In this document: in pieces, positions 1-12,304 of the stretch
Layout: each line of letters begins with the position of its first letter
Numbering within the stretch: position 1 is the stretch's first letter
NCBI RefSeq assembly: GCF_006345805.1
Contig: NC_043022.1
Coordinates: 17,918,001 to 17,982,000, forward strand
DNA from: Octopus sinensis
Taxonomy: Eukaryota
DNA length: 64,000 bases
Direction of reading: 5' to 3'
Program-made: the position numbers and the translations under genes
The notes under the pieces: model-generated
Seen by the model: only the letters and a program-made list of their open reading frames with translations
What the model was told of the DNA's origin: nothing
The model's database searches: none

Positions 1-282
1 AGGGCTATGTTTAAATGATGAAGGGATGGATATGTAGATATATGCTGGCATGGGTCAGACGGTTTGACTGAAAGTGGTAAGCTGGAGGGCTGCACCAGGT
101 TCCAATCCGGTTTGGTACATAGAAATATAGACACACACACACAGATGTCAGGAATGGGTGTGCGGTTAAGAGATTTGCTTCCCTACCATACTCTATCCCC
201 ATGCTGACCAAAGCCTTAAGAGTGGATTTGGTTGGAAACTGAAAGAAGCCTTGTGTGTGTGTGTATTTTATTTATGCGCCCT

Positions 283-557
283 TTTCAAGCCTAGCCAGGC
301 TTCTATGGCGCATGTGTTCCCCCCCAGCTGGACGGGACGCCAGTCCATTGCAGCGTTACTCAAGAAACAGGAAGAAAGGGTGAGAGAAAGTTGGGGCGAA
401 AGAGTAAAACAGGGGTCGCCACCAACCCCGGTCAGGGCCTTGTGGAGCTTTAGGTGTTTTCGCTCAATAAACACACACAACGTCCGGTCTGGAAATCGAA
501 ACCAAGATCCTCCGACTGCGAGTCCACTGCCCTAAACACTGGGCCATTGCACCTCCA
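283..557 (-). mobile_element. tRNA-derived SINE
   Basis: Minus-strand head GTGGAGGTGCAATGGCCCAGTG (A box) ... GGTTTCGATTTCC (B box). A related 3' part lies at 15125-15228 (+). Confidence 0.7.
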
Positions 558-586
558 CATACATATATATATATATATATATATAG

Positions 587-935
587 TTGCAAGCGTGGCT
601 GTATGGTAATAAGTTTGGTTCTCAACCACATGGTTCTGGGTTCAGTCCCACTGTGTGGAACCTTGGGCAAATGTCCTCTGCTATGGTGTTGGGCTGGGGA
701 AAGTCTTGTGAATAGATCTGGTAGATGGAAACTGAAAGAAGCCCGTTATGCATGTATATGTGTGTCGTTGTGCCTGTGTTTGCCTCCCACCACTGTTTGG
801 CAACTGCTGTTGGTGTGTTTATGTCTCTGTAACTTAGCAGTTCGGCAAAACAGACCAATAGAATTAGTACTAGGGTTGATTCAAGTTGGTACCCCAGCAT
901 GGCCACAATTAAATGACTGAAACAAGTAAAAGAGT
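587..935 (+). mobile_element. SINE family A (representative full-length copy)
   Basis: Head ...CAACCACATGGTTCTGGGTTCAGTCCCACTG, TGGCACCTTGGGCAAG-type core, 3' end CAGCATGGCC...AATGACTGAAACAAGTAAAAGAG. Other copies near 147-260, 4470-4580, 4985-5175, 18285-18570, 34485-34855, 42327-42695, 58070-58395, 60255-60645, 61165-61300, 61455-61545 and 62140-62340. Confidence 0.85.
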
Positions 936-1184
936 GTGAGTGTGTGTGTGTGTATATAAGGTGCAGTGTTTGTGTTTCCTTGTCCTAACGAGGTATGATT
1001 GTTGTAAACGAATGCCACCTTCATACAGTGTCCTTTGTTTCCAATTTACTGTGATGACATGCCCAGCCATAGAGAAATATTACTTTGCTTGGGAACAGGT
1101 AAGGGTTGGTGACAAGAGGGGCATCTGGCCTTAGAAAATGTCCTTCAAACAATTCTATCCGATCCATGCAAACATAGAAAACTG

Positions 1185-4100
1185 GATGTTAAAACGATGA
1201 AACCACACGGAATAACCAAAGAGGTAGATTTTAGTATCGTTGGAAGAAGAAAAGGATACTTCTTGATAGATACAGATATGGAGACTCACATGCAGAACCT
1301 TAGGTTTCTGAGTCAACAAATTGATGATTGTTGCACAGAAAATACAAAAAACATGATATTTTATGCTTTACAAAGCATGCAGTCATTTTAACAAATATAG
1401 AAATATGTAGCCAAATATCCCACTGGGGTAGCCAGGTATCCCCTCTAAAGTAAGACATCTCTGTCCTTCTATTATACCCTAATCCAGGGGTTCTCAACCA
1501 TTTTTATCTATGGATCCTTTTGATTACTATTTTATCCTGGTGGACCCCAGAGCCATTCAGTGTTTAAAAACTAGCTTTAGAGACACTACTTTCAAAATTC
1601 CTATTTTGTTTTTCACATATAAACTCATGTAGGTTGAACTATGAAAAATGGTAGAGAATGGAACCTGACTGTTTCTGCAATAAATGCCAATACATACACC
1701 AAAAGCAAAGTTTTTTCAGGGGCCCTTAAAATACTACTGTAGGTTCCCAATTTATTATTTTGTTTTGTGGACCCCCAAACATCTTATACAGATCCTCAGA
1801 GAGGCCATACAGACCCTAGATCAGAACTATTGCTCTAATCTCTCACCTAGCACACACCCACTTGCTCGGTCAACTTAAGAGGTCTTTGTCTTACAAGTTA
1901 CTTGGTGCTGGTACCATGAAAAAAGCACCCAGTGCATACTGTAAAGTGGTTGGCGTTAAGAAGGGGCATCCAGCAGTAGAAACCATGTCAAAGCAGATAA
2001 TAAAACCAGGAACAATTCCTGACCTTGCCAGCATCTGTCAGACCATCAAACCCAGCATGGGAGGGGGTAGCCCTGAATCTCCTCCTGCCCTCAACCCATT
2101 CCATTGGTCATCTTATTCTCTCTAACTCTAAAATTACTCTTCCTCTTCTATTGTTCTCTTAACACTGTCCCTGCTGGTTTCTCTCCCTCTTCTCCGCCTC
2201 ACAACAATAAACCAGATCCATCCAGCAGACTTCCAACTTCTCTAATCCCCACCCTCTCCATCGTGTGGGCCCTTTTGTCTTCTGACTTACAAGGTGACCT
2301 CACTAATGCTGGTGCAACAAAAGCAGCCCCACCCTGTGCATTCTGTAAAGTCGGTGGTGACAGGAAGGGCATCCAGCTGTAGAAAATAGACAAAACTAAG
2401 ACACTGGAGCAAGACGTGACCATCCAACCCGTTGAATCCTGTCAAAGTGTCCCACCCATATCAGCCAAGAAAGCAGGCATGAAACAAAATGATGATGGTG
2501 ACTGATGTGTGTGTGTGAGTGTGTTAGTATCTCCTTGTCTTGGCATTGCAGGATAGTCATAAACGAGTCACCACCATACAAGTTGTACCATTTGTTTCCA
2601 ATCTTCCATGAAAACATGTTCAGCTAAGGGGGAAATATTACCTCATTTGGAAACAGGTGAGGGTTGTTGACAGGGAGAGCATCTGGCTGTAGAAAACTTG
2701 CCTCAATAAATTCTGTACGACCCATGCAAGCATGGAAAAGCAGATGTTAAAACGATGAAACCACACGGAATAACCAAAGAGGTAGATTTTAGTATCGTTG
2801 GAAGAAGAAAAGGATACTTCTTGATAGATACAGATATGGAGACTCACATGCAGAACCTTAGGTTTCTGAGTCAACAAATTGATGATTGTTGCACAGAAAA
2901 TACAAAAAACATGATATTTTATGCTTTACAAAGCATGCAGTCATTTTAACAAATATAGAAATATGTAGCCAAATATCCCACTGGGGTAGCCAGGTATCCC
3001 CTCTAAAGTAAGACATCTCTGTCCTTCTATTATACCCTAATCCAGGGGTTCTCAACCATTTTTATCTATGGATCCTTTTGATTACTATTTTATCCTGGTG
3101 GACCCCAGAGCCATTCAGTGTTTAAAAACTAGCTTTAGAGACACTACTTTCAAAATTCCTATTTTGTTTTTCACATATAAACTCATGTAGGTTGAACTAT
3201 GAAAAATGGTAGAGAATGGAACCTGACTGTTTCTGCAATAAATGCCAATACATACACCAAAAGCAAAGTTTTTTCAGGGGCCCTTAAAATACTACTGTAG
3301 GTTCCCAATTTATTATTTTGTTTTGTGGACCCCCAAACATCTTATACAGATCCTCAGAGAGGCCATACAGACCCTAGATCAGAACTATTGCTCTAATCTC
3401 TCACCTAGCACACACCCACTTGCTCGGTCAACTTAAGAGGTCTTTGTCTTACAAGTTACTTGGTGCTGGTACCATGAAAAAAGCACCCAGTGCATACTGT
3501 AAAGTGGTTGGCGTTAAGAAGGGGCATCCAGCAGTAGAAACCATGTCAAAGCAGATAATAAAACCAGGAACAATTCCTGACCTTGCCAGCATCTGTCAGA
3601 CCATCAAACCCAGCATGGGAGGGGGTAGCCCTGAATCTCCTCCTGCCCTCAACCCATTCCATTGGTCATCTTATTCTCTCTAACTCTAAAATTACTCTTC
3701 CTCTTCTATTGTTCTCTTAACACTGTCCCTGCTGGTTTCTCTCCCTCTTCTCCGCCTCACAACAATAAACCAGATCCATCCAGCAGACTTCCAACTTCTC
3801 TAATCCCCACCCTCTCCATCGTGTGGGCCCTTTTGTCTTCTGACTTACAAGGTGACCTCACTAATGCTGGTGCAACAAAAGCAGCCCCACCCTGTGCATT
3901 CTGTAAAGTCGGTGGTGACAGGAAGGGCATCCAGCTGTAGAAAATAGACAAAACTAAGACACTGGAGCAAGACGGGACCATCCAACCCGTTGAATCCTGT
4001 CAAAGTGTCCCACCCATATCAGCCAAGAAAGCAGGCATGAAACAAAATGATGATGGTGACTGATGTGTGTGTGTGAGTGTGTTAGTATCTCCTTGTCTTG

Positions 4101-4316
4101 GCATTGCAGGATAGTCATAAACGAGTCACCACCATACAAGTTGTACCATTTGTTTCCAATCTTCCATGAAAACATGTTCAGCTAAGGGGGAAATATTACC
4201 TCATTTGGAAACAGGTGAGGGTTGTTGACAGGGAGAGCATCTGGCTGTAGAAAACTTGCCTCAATAAATTCTGTACGACCCATGCAAGCATGGAAAAGCA
4301 GATGTTAAAACGATGA
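1185..4316 (+). repeat. 1558-bp near-perfect tandem duplication
   Basis: 1201-2758 matches 2759-4316; the only difference I saw is 2417 T vs 3975 G. The 16-mer GATGTTAAAACGATGA occurs at all three junctions (1185, 2743, 4301). Confidence 0.97.
1485..1832. mobile_element. hAT-type MITE (second copy 3043-3390, inside the tandem duplication)
   Basis: Left TIR CAGGGGTTCTCAACC, degraded right TIR TAGATCAGAACTATTG, and a near-perfect 8-bp TSD CCCTAATC/CTCTAATC. Confidence 0.7.
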
Positions 4317-5199
4317 CGACGACGACACTACAAATATCTGAATAAACTTATATACTTATACATACGAATATATAAGGAAATAATTTTATTCTCAAACACA
4401 GGATAATGCTAATAATATAGCATGAACAGGATGAACTATCCATATTTTGCAGAAAAATGTGTCGGTACAGGGCCCAGGTGTAACTGTGCGGTGAGAAGTT
4501 TCGTTTCCAACTGCATGGTTCTGGGCTCAGTTCCACCGCGTGGTACCATGGTCAAGTATGTTCGACTATAACCTCAGACAGACCATCCTACACACACACA
4601 CACACACACACACACATATCTCTTTTAAGCTTTTTTTTTTACTGGAAGCCTTTCCAATAATGCATATAAAAGCTGCTTTTCTATTATGCCGGCTGCAGTC
4701 TAATGAGGCCAACTTGGGGTCGTACCGAGTTGGGATTTCTGGAAACACGCGTAGCGATGCATTGAAATATTTAGAAATTCCATCCAAGGGTTGTAATTAT
4801 TATCATTACTATACGTGTGTGCGTGTGAGCACAGAGAGAGAGAGAAAGGTGTGAGCTAATGAGTTCATAACATAATCATCTTTTTCTTTTGTCATCTGTT
4901 TTTATTATTTTCGCTCTATACTCGTCTAACTCTTCGTTCTGGAGCAAAAGGATATTGAGTTCTACACCAGGTTATTAGTCTCACATCAACGTTTGACAAC
5001 CGGTGCTGGGGTGTTTACATCACCGTAATCGGCAAAAGAGATCGATAAGTATCAGGCTTTACAAAAAAAAAAAGAAAAGCATAGTAGTGGGATAGATTCC
5101 TTCGGCTAAAATTCTTTAAGGTGGCGCCCCAGCATGGCCACAGCCAAATGAGTGTAGCAAGTGAAAGAATAAAAGATTATATGTATATGTTCTTTACCT

Positions 5200-5287
<88 letters not shown>

Positions 5288-5457
5288 GAGAGAGAGCATT
5301 ATGTGTATATGTGACTGAAAAAGGAGAGACGGGTGTATAATATCGACTGCCTTACATAAACAAGAGTCTACATACCTGATTGCTGTACATGAATGAAGGC
5401 CTCTGATTCATAAAGTCAACGAAAAGTAATGAGAGAATGTGACGGTGGTTACAGCTA

Positions 5458-5547
5458 ATTATTATTATTATTATTATTATTATGATTATTATTATTATTA
5501 TTATTATTATGATTATTATTATTATTATTATTATTATGATTATTATT
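5458..5547 (+). repeat. (ATT)n microsatellite with regularly spaced ATG interruptions
   Basis: Three blocks of about 27 bp, each a run of ATT ending in ATG. Confidence 0.9.
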
Positions 5548-7083
5548 TTTGTGAAATGGTCGGTAGCAATGTGAGGTCCAATTTAAGGGAAGATTATCGA
5601 AAGAGAAAATGGTGTGGGAGCAATGATGGATAATCCGGGGGGAGGGGGGAGAAAATCAACCGAGAAGAAATGAATGAATGGATCACGACAAAAAGAAATA
5701 GAAATATATAAACGCACATTATATATAACGTGACTATGTATATACGCACAACTGCGAATGCACATTATACACACACACACACATACATACATGCGCAAAC
5801 ATGAATATATATATATATATATATATAGAAACGCACGTACACACGCACTATATATATATGTGTGTGTGTGCGCGTGCATGTGTGTAGCCTGCATATACAG
5901 CAATCCTTAAGTTTTCTCAACCGAACCCAAAAGCATCATTCTAAGTGGTATAGAGATTGTATTTCTTAATTAAATTATTAATTATTGGGTAATCCCATAA
6001 AAAAATCCTTAAATATTTGTGCAGTTCACTGGAAATCGTCTCGAATTAACAATTGGCATGAGAAAAAAATTAATATTCCAATGAACAACTGTAGTTAGAG
6101 AAGAAGTTATCAACATTTCATACACGACAATCATAGTTTAGCATGTATAATATGTATGTATAATGTGTGCGAGATATGAGTCAACACACACACATATATA
6201 TATCCACATACACATATACCTCATGAGCTAGCATGCCCATATTAAAAGTACACGCATACATATGAGTTAGCGTGTATATTATACACATATGCATATACAC
6301 ACATCTGCTAGGTGTTCAGATTTCTATATTACATATATATATCGGCTACAAGTCAGCGTGTATATATTATACGTTTGGATACATGTGAAATTTAACATAC
6401 ATTGGTAGAAAGAAAAAAGTAAAGGAGTCGCAAACCCACCTTTTCCAAGTGTGTAGGGGTCAGCGAAGAAGAAAGCCAGGCGTAGAAATCTATATTTCTA
6501 TATCACATGTGTATATATGTTGACGGAAATATATATGTTATACATCCTTTCGCGGCAATATTGCGTGTAAAAGAGGTGCATGTTGGTGTATAGTGAGAAT
6601 GAAACAAGTGCGAGTTGTTAATTGATGTAGAGAAAGGGGGGGAATGAGTCAGAGAGGGAGAGAAAGAGAGAGAGGGAGAAGACTAGATAGAGAGGGGGTA
6701 GAAAGATAGAGAGTGGAAAGAGAGCGAAGCAGAAAGATAGAAGAAAGAGAGAAAGAGAAAGTGGGAGAGTTATTATTCGAATTTCTGTCAAATCTCTTTC
6801 TCTGAAATGTGTTTCTCTTCTAATTGAAAAGTGGTCTCACACCTGCGAGGGGAGGGTTTATTATACACACACACACACACATCCTGCCCACATCCCGCAG
6901 GTATCCATCAGCGGCCAGAAATATTTATCTACGTTGGTTTCAAGACAACAATAATTTCAGAGGAGTTCAATGAAGGCAATGACGTGGTTCAATCACCAGA
7001 AAATACCAAACATTCACTGTTTTCCCTCTTTGCTCTTGGAAGTTTACATGGCAGGGCTTCACTGACAAAAACGCGATAGAGAT

Positions 7084-7151
7084 ATATGTGTGTGCATGTG
7101 TATTATATATATATATGTGTGTGTGTGTGTATATATATATATGTGTGTGTG

Positions 7152-7183
<32 letters not shown>

Positions 7184-7312
7184 TATATATACATACACAC
7201 ACACATATATATACATACATATATACATACACACACACATATATACATACATATATACATACACACACACACATACATATACATACATACACACACACAT
7301 ACATATATACAT

Positions 7313-7343
<31 letters not shown>

Positions 7344-7348
7344 ATACA

Positions 7349-7382
<34 letters not shown>

Positions 7383-7411
7383 CATACATACATACATATA
7401 TACATACATAC

Positions 7412-7477
<66 letters not shown>

Positions 7478-7487
7478 TGTGTGTGTA
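7084..7487 (+). repeat. Compound (TA)n/(CA)n/(TACA)n/(TG)n microsatellite
   Basis: Read directly; it is the source of several spurious ORFs. Confidence 0.95.
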
Positions 7488-7579
7488 GTTAATCCAAACA
7501 TGAAAACACCAAGAGAAAACACAACAACGCGAGGACGTGGAACAAATAAAGTATTATTGGACGCTCAGGAAGAAGTAGG

Positions 7580-7614
7580 GTTTAACGTTTCGAGCGGAGC
7601 TCTTCGTCGGAAAC
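7580..7614 (-). ncRNA. Minimal hammerhead variant (CCGACGA core)
   Basis: GTTT-CCGACGA-A-GAGC-TCC-GCTC-GAA-ACGT-T-AAAC. Confidence 0.55.
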
Positions 7615-7664
7615 ATAGGAAAAGGAAAGATCCAGAGAAGGGAAGACAGAGGAAAAACAATCGC

Positions 7665-7703
<39 letters not shown>

Positions 7704-8017
7704 TATATATATACACACTTTATAAATAGGGTTCAGCAAAGATTTGCTTCACCACATACCGAAGTTTAGAAATAGCAGTCAAAAAATCTTAGCTATTCCT
7801 TCTAATTTAAAAGGGACTCCCAGAAAAACCAAAGTACTTGAAAACAATCCACGCAGGCAAAGGGGGAAAATGCCGAATTCTACATGGTGAAATTACTGAT
7901 TACTTCTTAATTAATTAATTTTACCCTACACACACACCACATATATATATATACATACACACACACACACATATATTTATATATACATATACACACACAC
8001 ACACACCATATATATAT

Positions 8018-8101
<84 letters not shown>

Positions 8102-8108
8102 CACACAG

Positions 8109-8140
<32 letters not shown>

Positions 8141-8328
8141 CGGCGAGTTAGTCCCAACCAGCAGATGGCCCTTATACAGTTTCAATTCCTAGTTGAAATC
8201 AGTTTACTCCTCTTCATATTTCTAACTTTCCATTTTTGTTCGACACCAAAAGAAGAGGAAGAAGAGGCATTTATGCCTTGCTTATTATTTATTTAAAGCT
8301 GGCAGAATCGCTAAATGCAAAGTTGCAT

Positions 8329-9392
8329 TTCTTTAGGCCTTACGTTCTTTAGGCCTTACGTTCTTTACGCCTTACGTTCTTTAGGCCTTACGTTCTACGT
8401 TCTTTAGGCCTTACGTTCTTTAGGCCTTACGTTCTTTAGGCCTTACGTTCTACGTTCTTTAGGCCTTACGTTCTTTAGGCCTTACGTTCTTTAGGCCTTA
8501 CGTTCTTTAGGCCTTACGTTCTACGTTCTTTAGGCCTTACGTTCTTTAGGCCTTACGTTCTTTACGCCTTACGTTCTTTACGCCTTACGTTCTTTACGCC
8601 TTACGTTCTTTACGCCTTACGTTCTTTACGCCTTACGTTCTTTACGCCTTACGTTCTTTACGCCTTACGTTCTTTACGCCTTACGTTCTACGTTCTTTAC
8701 GCCTTACGTTCTTTACGCCTTACGTTCTACGTTCTTTACGCCTTACGTTCTTTAACGCCTTACGTTCTTTACGCCTTACGTTCTACGTTCTTTACGCCTT
8801 ACGTTCTTTACGCCTTACGTTCTACGTCTTTACGCCTACGTTCTACTTCTTTACGCCTTACTTCTTTACGCCTTACGTTCTTTACGCCTTACGTTCTTTA
8901 CGCCTTACGTTCTACGTTCTTTACGCCTTACGTTCTTTACGCCTTACGTTCTACGTTCTTTACGCCTTACGTTCTACGTTCTTTACGCCTTACGTTCTTT
9001 ACGCCTTACGTTCTTTACGCCTTACGTTCTACGTTCTTTACGCCTTACGTTCTTTACGCCTTACGTTCTACGTTCTTTACGCCTTACGTTCTACGTTCTT
9101 TACGCCTTACGTTCTTTACGCCTTACGTTCTACGTTCTTTACGCCTTACGTTCTTTACGCCTTACGTTCTTTACGCCTTACGTTCTACGTTCTTTACGCC
9201 TTACGTTCTTTACGCCTTACGTTCTACGTTCTTTAGGCCTTACGTTCTACGTTCTTTACGCCTTACGTTCTACGTTCTTTAGGCCTTACGTTCTACGTTC
9301 TTTACGCCTTACGTTCTACGTTCTTTACGCCTTACGTTCTACGTTCTTTAGGCCTTACGTTCTACGTTCTTTACGCCTTACGTTCTACGTTC
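8329..9392 (+). repeat. Minisatellite of about 1.06 kb; 16-bp unit TTCTTTA(G/C)GCCTTACG plus a 23-bp variant with extra TTCTACG
   Basis: Read directly; flanked by the 5' and 3' parts of a family-B SINE. Confidence 0.97.
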
Positions 9393-10599
9393 AAATCCTA
9401 CCAAGGTTGACTTTGCTTTTCATCGTTTCGGATCGATAAAAATCAGTACCAATTGAGTATCGATGTAATCGATTAACCCCCTCCCCCAGATTTCAGGCTT
9501 TGTGCCTGTAGTAGAGAGGATTATTATATTAACGTGAGGAGTGGTGGTCACTATTAACAGTGTGTGTGAGTACGTATATATTTATATATATATTTATATA
9601 TATATTTATATATATATATATATAATATATATATATATATACATAGGCAGAGGTAAAGGACACGCACACCACCCATTTTCGGCGTAACCCTAAACGCCGA
9701 AAACGGTGGTGTGTGTATGCTTTTACCTTCGCCTGTATATGTATAAACAGATATTTCTATCGCTCGTCCAAATTTTATATATTCCTTCCTTCCCACCTCT
9801 GTATTATCAATTCATTTATAAACTAATATACACACCTATGTACATATAATTACGTCTGTACTATTGCTAATATATACACGCCAGTAATAAATCATAGTTT
9901 CAAGTAGGCTTATAAACATTTATACACCTACACAAGTAGGTCCAGAGACAGATTTCTTCTGTATTTTTATAAGTTAAACATTTAAATACCAAACGTGTCT
10001 TTCCTCTCCACAGAAATTTCTCCCAGCTTTTAAGATACCAACAAATATCCATCAACAGTAGCCCTTAATTTCAATTATATCCCTTAATTTACACTAAATA
10101 ACCTTCTTACTCTCTGCCCCCCCATTTTATTATGCTTTTGTTCTCCCAATAATTCACGCTCTGACTCTCCTTCGCTTTCCATCGAGATCTCCTTGCAATA
10201 CTTTCTCTCTACCTCCCTACATTCCAACTCTCCTTCCTCGTTTCGTTATCTCCTTTTCCTCACCCTCATAACATTGTACTCTTCTCACTAACCGCCCCTT
10301 ATTCGTTCTTCCTCCCCAACACCCTCCCTCCAACACACACACACCTGTCCACTGAACATAATTACGAATCCAACATGACATTTAAAAATGGTCTCCTTGT
10401 CTCACATCTGCTGCTGCTGCTGGTCGATTAATCGAAGTGACTCTGACATACACCGACCGTTTCAAGTAATATATAGGTGTGGCTGTGCGCTAAGAAGTTG
10501 CTTTCCCTGGGAAGCGTCTTCCGCTATAGCCCCCGGCTGACCACTTGTGAGTGGAGGATCAAACCTCTCGTTTACAAGTTTGTTGTTCACACACACACA

Positions 10600-10905
10600 T
10601 AGCGAGTTCGAATCCCAAACTGGGCTGTGTGTTGTGTCCTTGAGCAAGACACTTTATTTCATGTTGCTCCAGCTAACTCATCTGTAGCAATGAGTTCCTA
10701 CATCGCTGGTGCCAAGCTCTATCGGCCCCTTTGCTTTTCTATTCGATAGTATTGGTGGTGTGGAGAGAGGGGGCTGGTGGTATGCATGGCGACTGCTGGG
10801 CTTCCATAAACAACCACACAGGGGAACTTTCAAGGTGCAATCCCATGGTCATTCATGAACAAAAGGGTCTTTACCCTTTATATATGTATATATATACACA
10901 CATAT
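10600..10905 (+). mobile_element. SINE family C (tRNA-like head plus GTGTCCTTGAGCAAGACACTT core)
   Basis: GAGTTCGAATCCC B-box-like motif, then TGTGTCCTTGAGCAAGACACTTTATTTCATGTTGCTCCAG. Related copies near 28340-28600, 31280-31410 and 59655-59780. Confidence 0.7.
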
Positions 10906-10953
10906 ATACATATATCGTATATATATATATTGTATATGTTGGTGTGTATAATG

Positions 10954-11227
10954 CAAAAGAAAGTAGGAAAATGGAGATATAGCATTTAATAAAAATTCAT
11001 TATCTGCAAAAATCAAACAAGGTCCCTTACAGCTGTTTCAATTAAGCCTAAAAGATTAAATAGCAATTATAAAAATCATTATATTATATTTGCCTAATAT
11101 AATGATTTTTATAATTGCTATTTAATCTTTTAGGCTTAATTGAAACAGCTGTAAGGGACCTTGTTTGATTTTTGCAGATAATGAATTTTTATTAAATGCT
11201 ATATCTCCATTTTCCTACTTTCTTTTG
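10954..11227. repeat. Perfect inverted repeat: 133-bp arms, 8-nt spacer
   Basis: 10954-11086 is the exact reverse complement of 11095-11227; the spacer is TATTTGCC. Confidence 0.97.
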
Positions 11228-11803
11228 AATGATTATAAACCATGACTCATATATCAACCTATTGTTTTATGAATATCATTATTCACAACAAATACTAGGT
11301 ATTGAACCAGCAATTCATTGGATGATACCATCCCTTAATGAAGCTAATTTAACCTCTAATTGAGTATGTATATATACATATACATACATATATCTATGCT
11401 TGACTGCTAAATCTATAGGATTTTTTTTTTCATTCTCTCTGTTTATTTTCTCTTATTCCTTTCTGTTGAAAAGTGTTGGGCTCGAAATGTAAAAGACTTT
11501 TTCATTTTCCCAAGCATCAAACTAATACACCTGCTTGTTGTTCATACACCTGTCTTTGTCTTTTGTTTTTCTATAAATTTCAACTATTTACAAATAGTTG
11601 CCTCATGAAGGCAATGACCAACACCAATTAATGATGTTACCTTTTTGGTTAACAGATCGATGATTAACGAAGTCAACTTCTCGATTAATGGTGCCCACCT
11701 CTCTATATATATATGTGTTTGTGTGTATATATCTATCTATCTATCTCTCTATATATATAGCAAATGAAAGACAGAAGATGGAATATACGAGAATATATTA
11801 TTA

Positions 11804-11907
11804 ATCACAACAATTGTTTCAACACATCTGGCATCGACTCCACTTGTGGCGCACACAAAAACTGGTTCAGGAGTATTCGGTGGTGCAGATGTATCTCGTC
11901 AGGTGAT
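11804..11907 (-). ncRNA. Type I hammerhead ribozyme motif with long loop II
   Basis: Stem I ATCAC/GTGAT; CTGACGA; stem II GATACATCTG/CAGATGTGTT; GAA; palindromic stem III ACAATTGT; GUU triplet. Confidence 0.68.
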
Positions 11908-12304
11908 AAATAAATAAAATGACTTTTCCATAATGCAACTTTCCATTTTATAGAGGGAAAAACAGCCAGATGGAGGAAAATTCTTGATCTATAAAGAAGA
12001 TCCCAAGAAGACAAAAAGAGAAACAAACACTTAATCCAGCAGGAAAAAGAATATTCCATCTTCTGTCTTTCATTTTTGTCATTTACCCAACGGTCACTCT
12101 GAAAGTGACCATGCTTTACCAGTGAGCTACCAGGTGTAAACCATTCGTTTTATTACCCATTATATCTATCAATATATAAATTATTATTAAGGTGGCCCTT
12201 TGCAATTTAGAACCAAAGGACAAGTATAGCCATCAGTACAGTGACGGAGAGCACCTTTTGAACAAATGACAAGAGAGACAGGCTCCTTCCCTATGACAAG
12301 CGAC

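Noticed and set aside
283-557. tRNA gene
   Set aside because: It has A/B boxes but no cloverleaf 3' half, and it continues into a SINE body.
6967-7703. Several ORFs of 84-205 aa rich in Y/I/H/T or V/C/M
   Set aside because: Translations of (TA)/(CA)/(TACA) microsatellites, with no domain content.
8329-9392. CRISPR-like or telomeric array (contains TTAGGC)
   Set aside because: There are no unique spacers. TTAGGC is only part of a 16-bp unit, not a tandem telomere repeat, and the array sits within a SINE.
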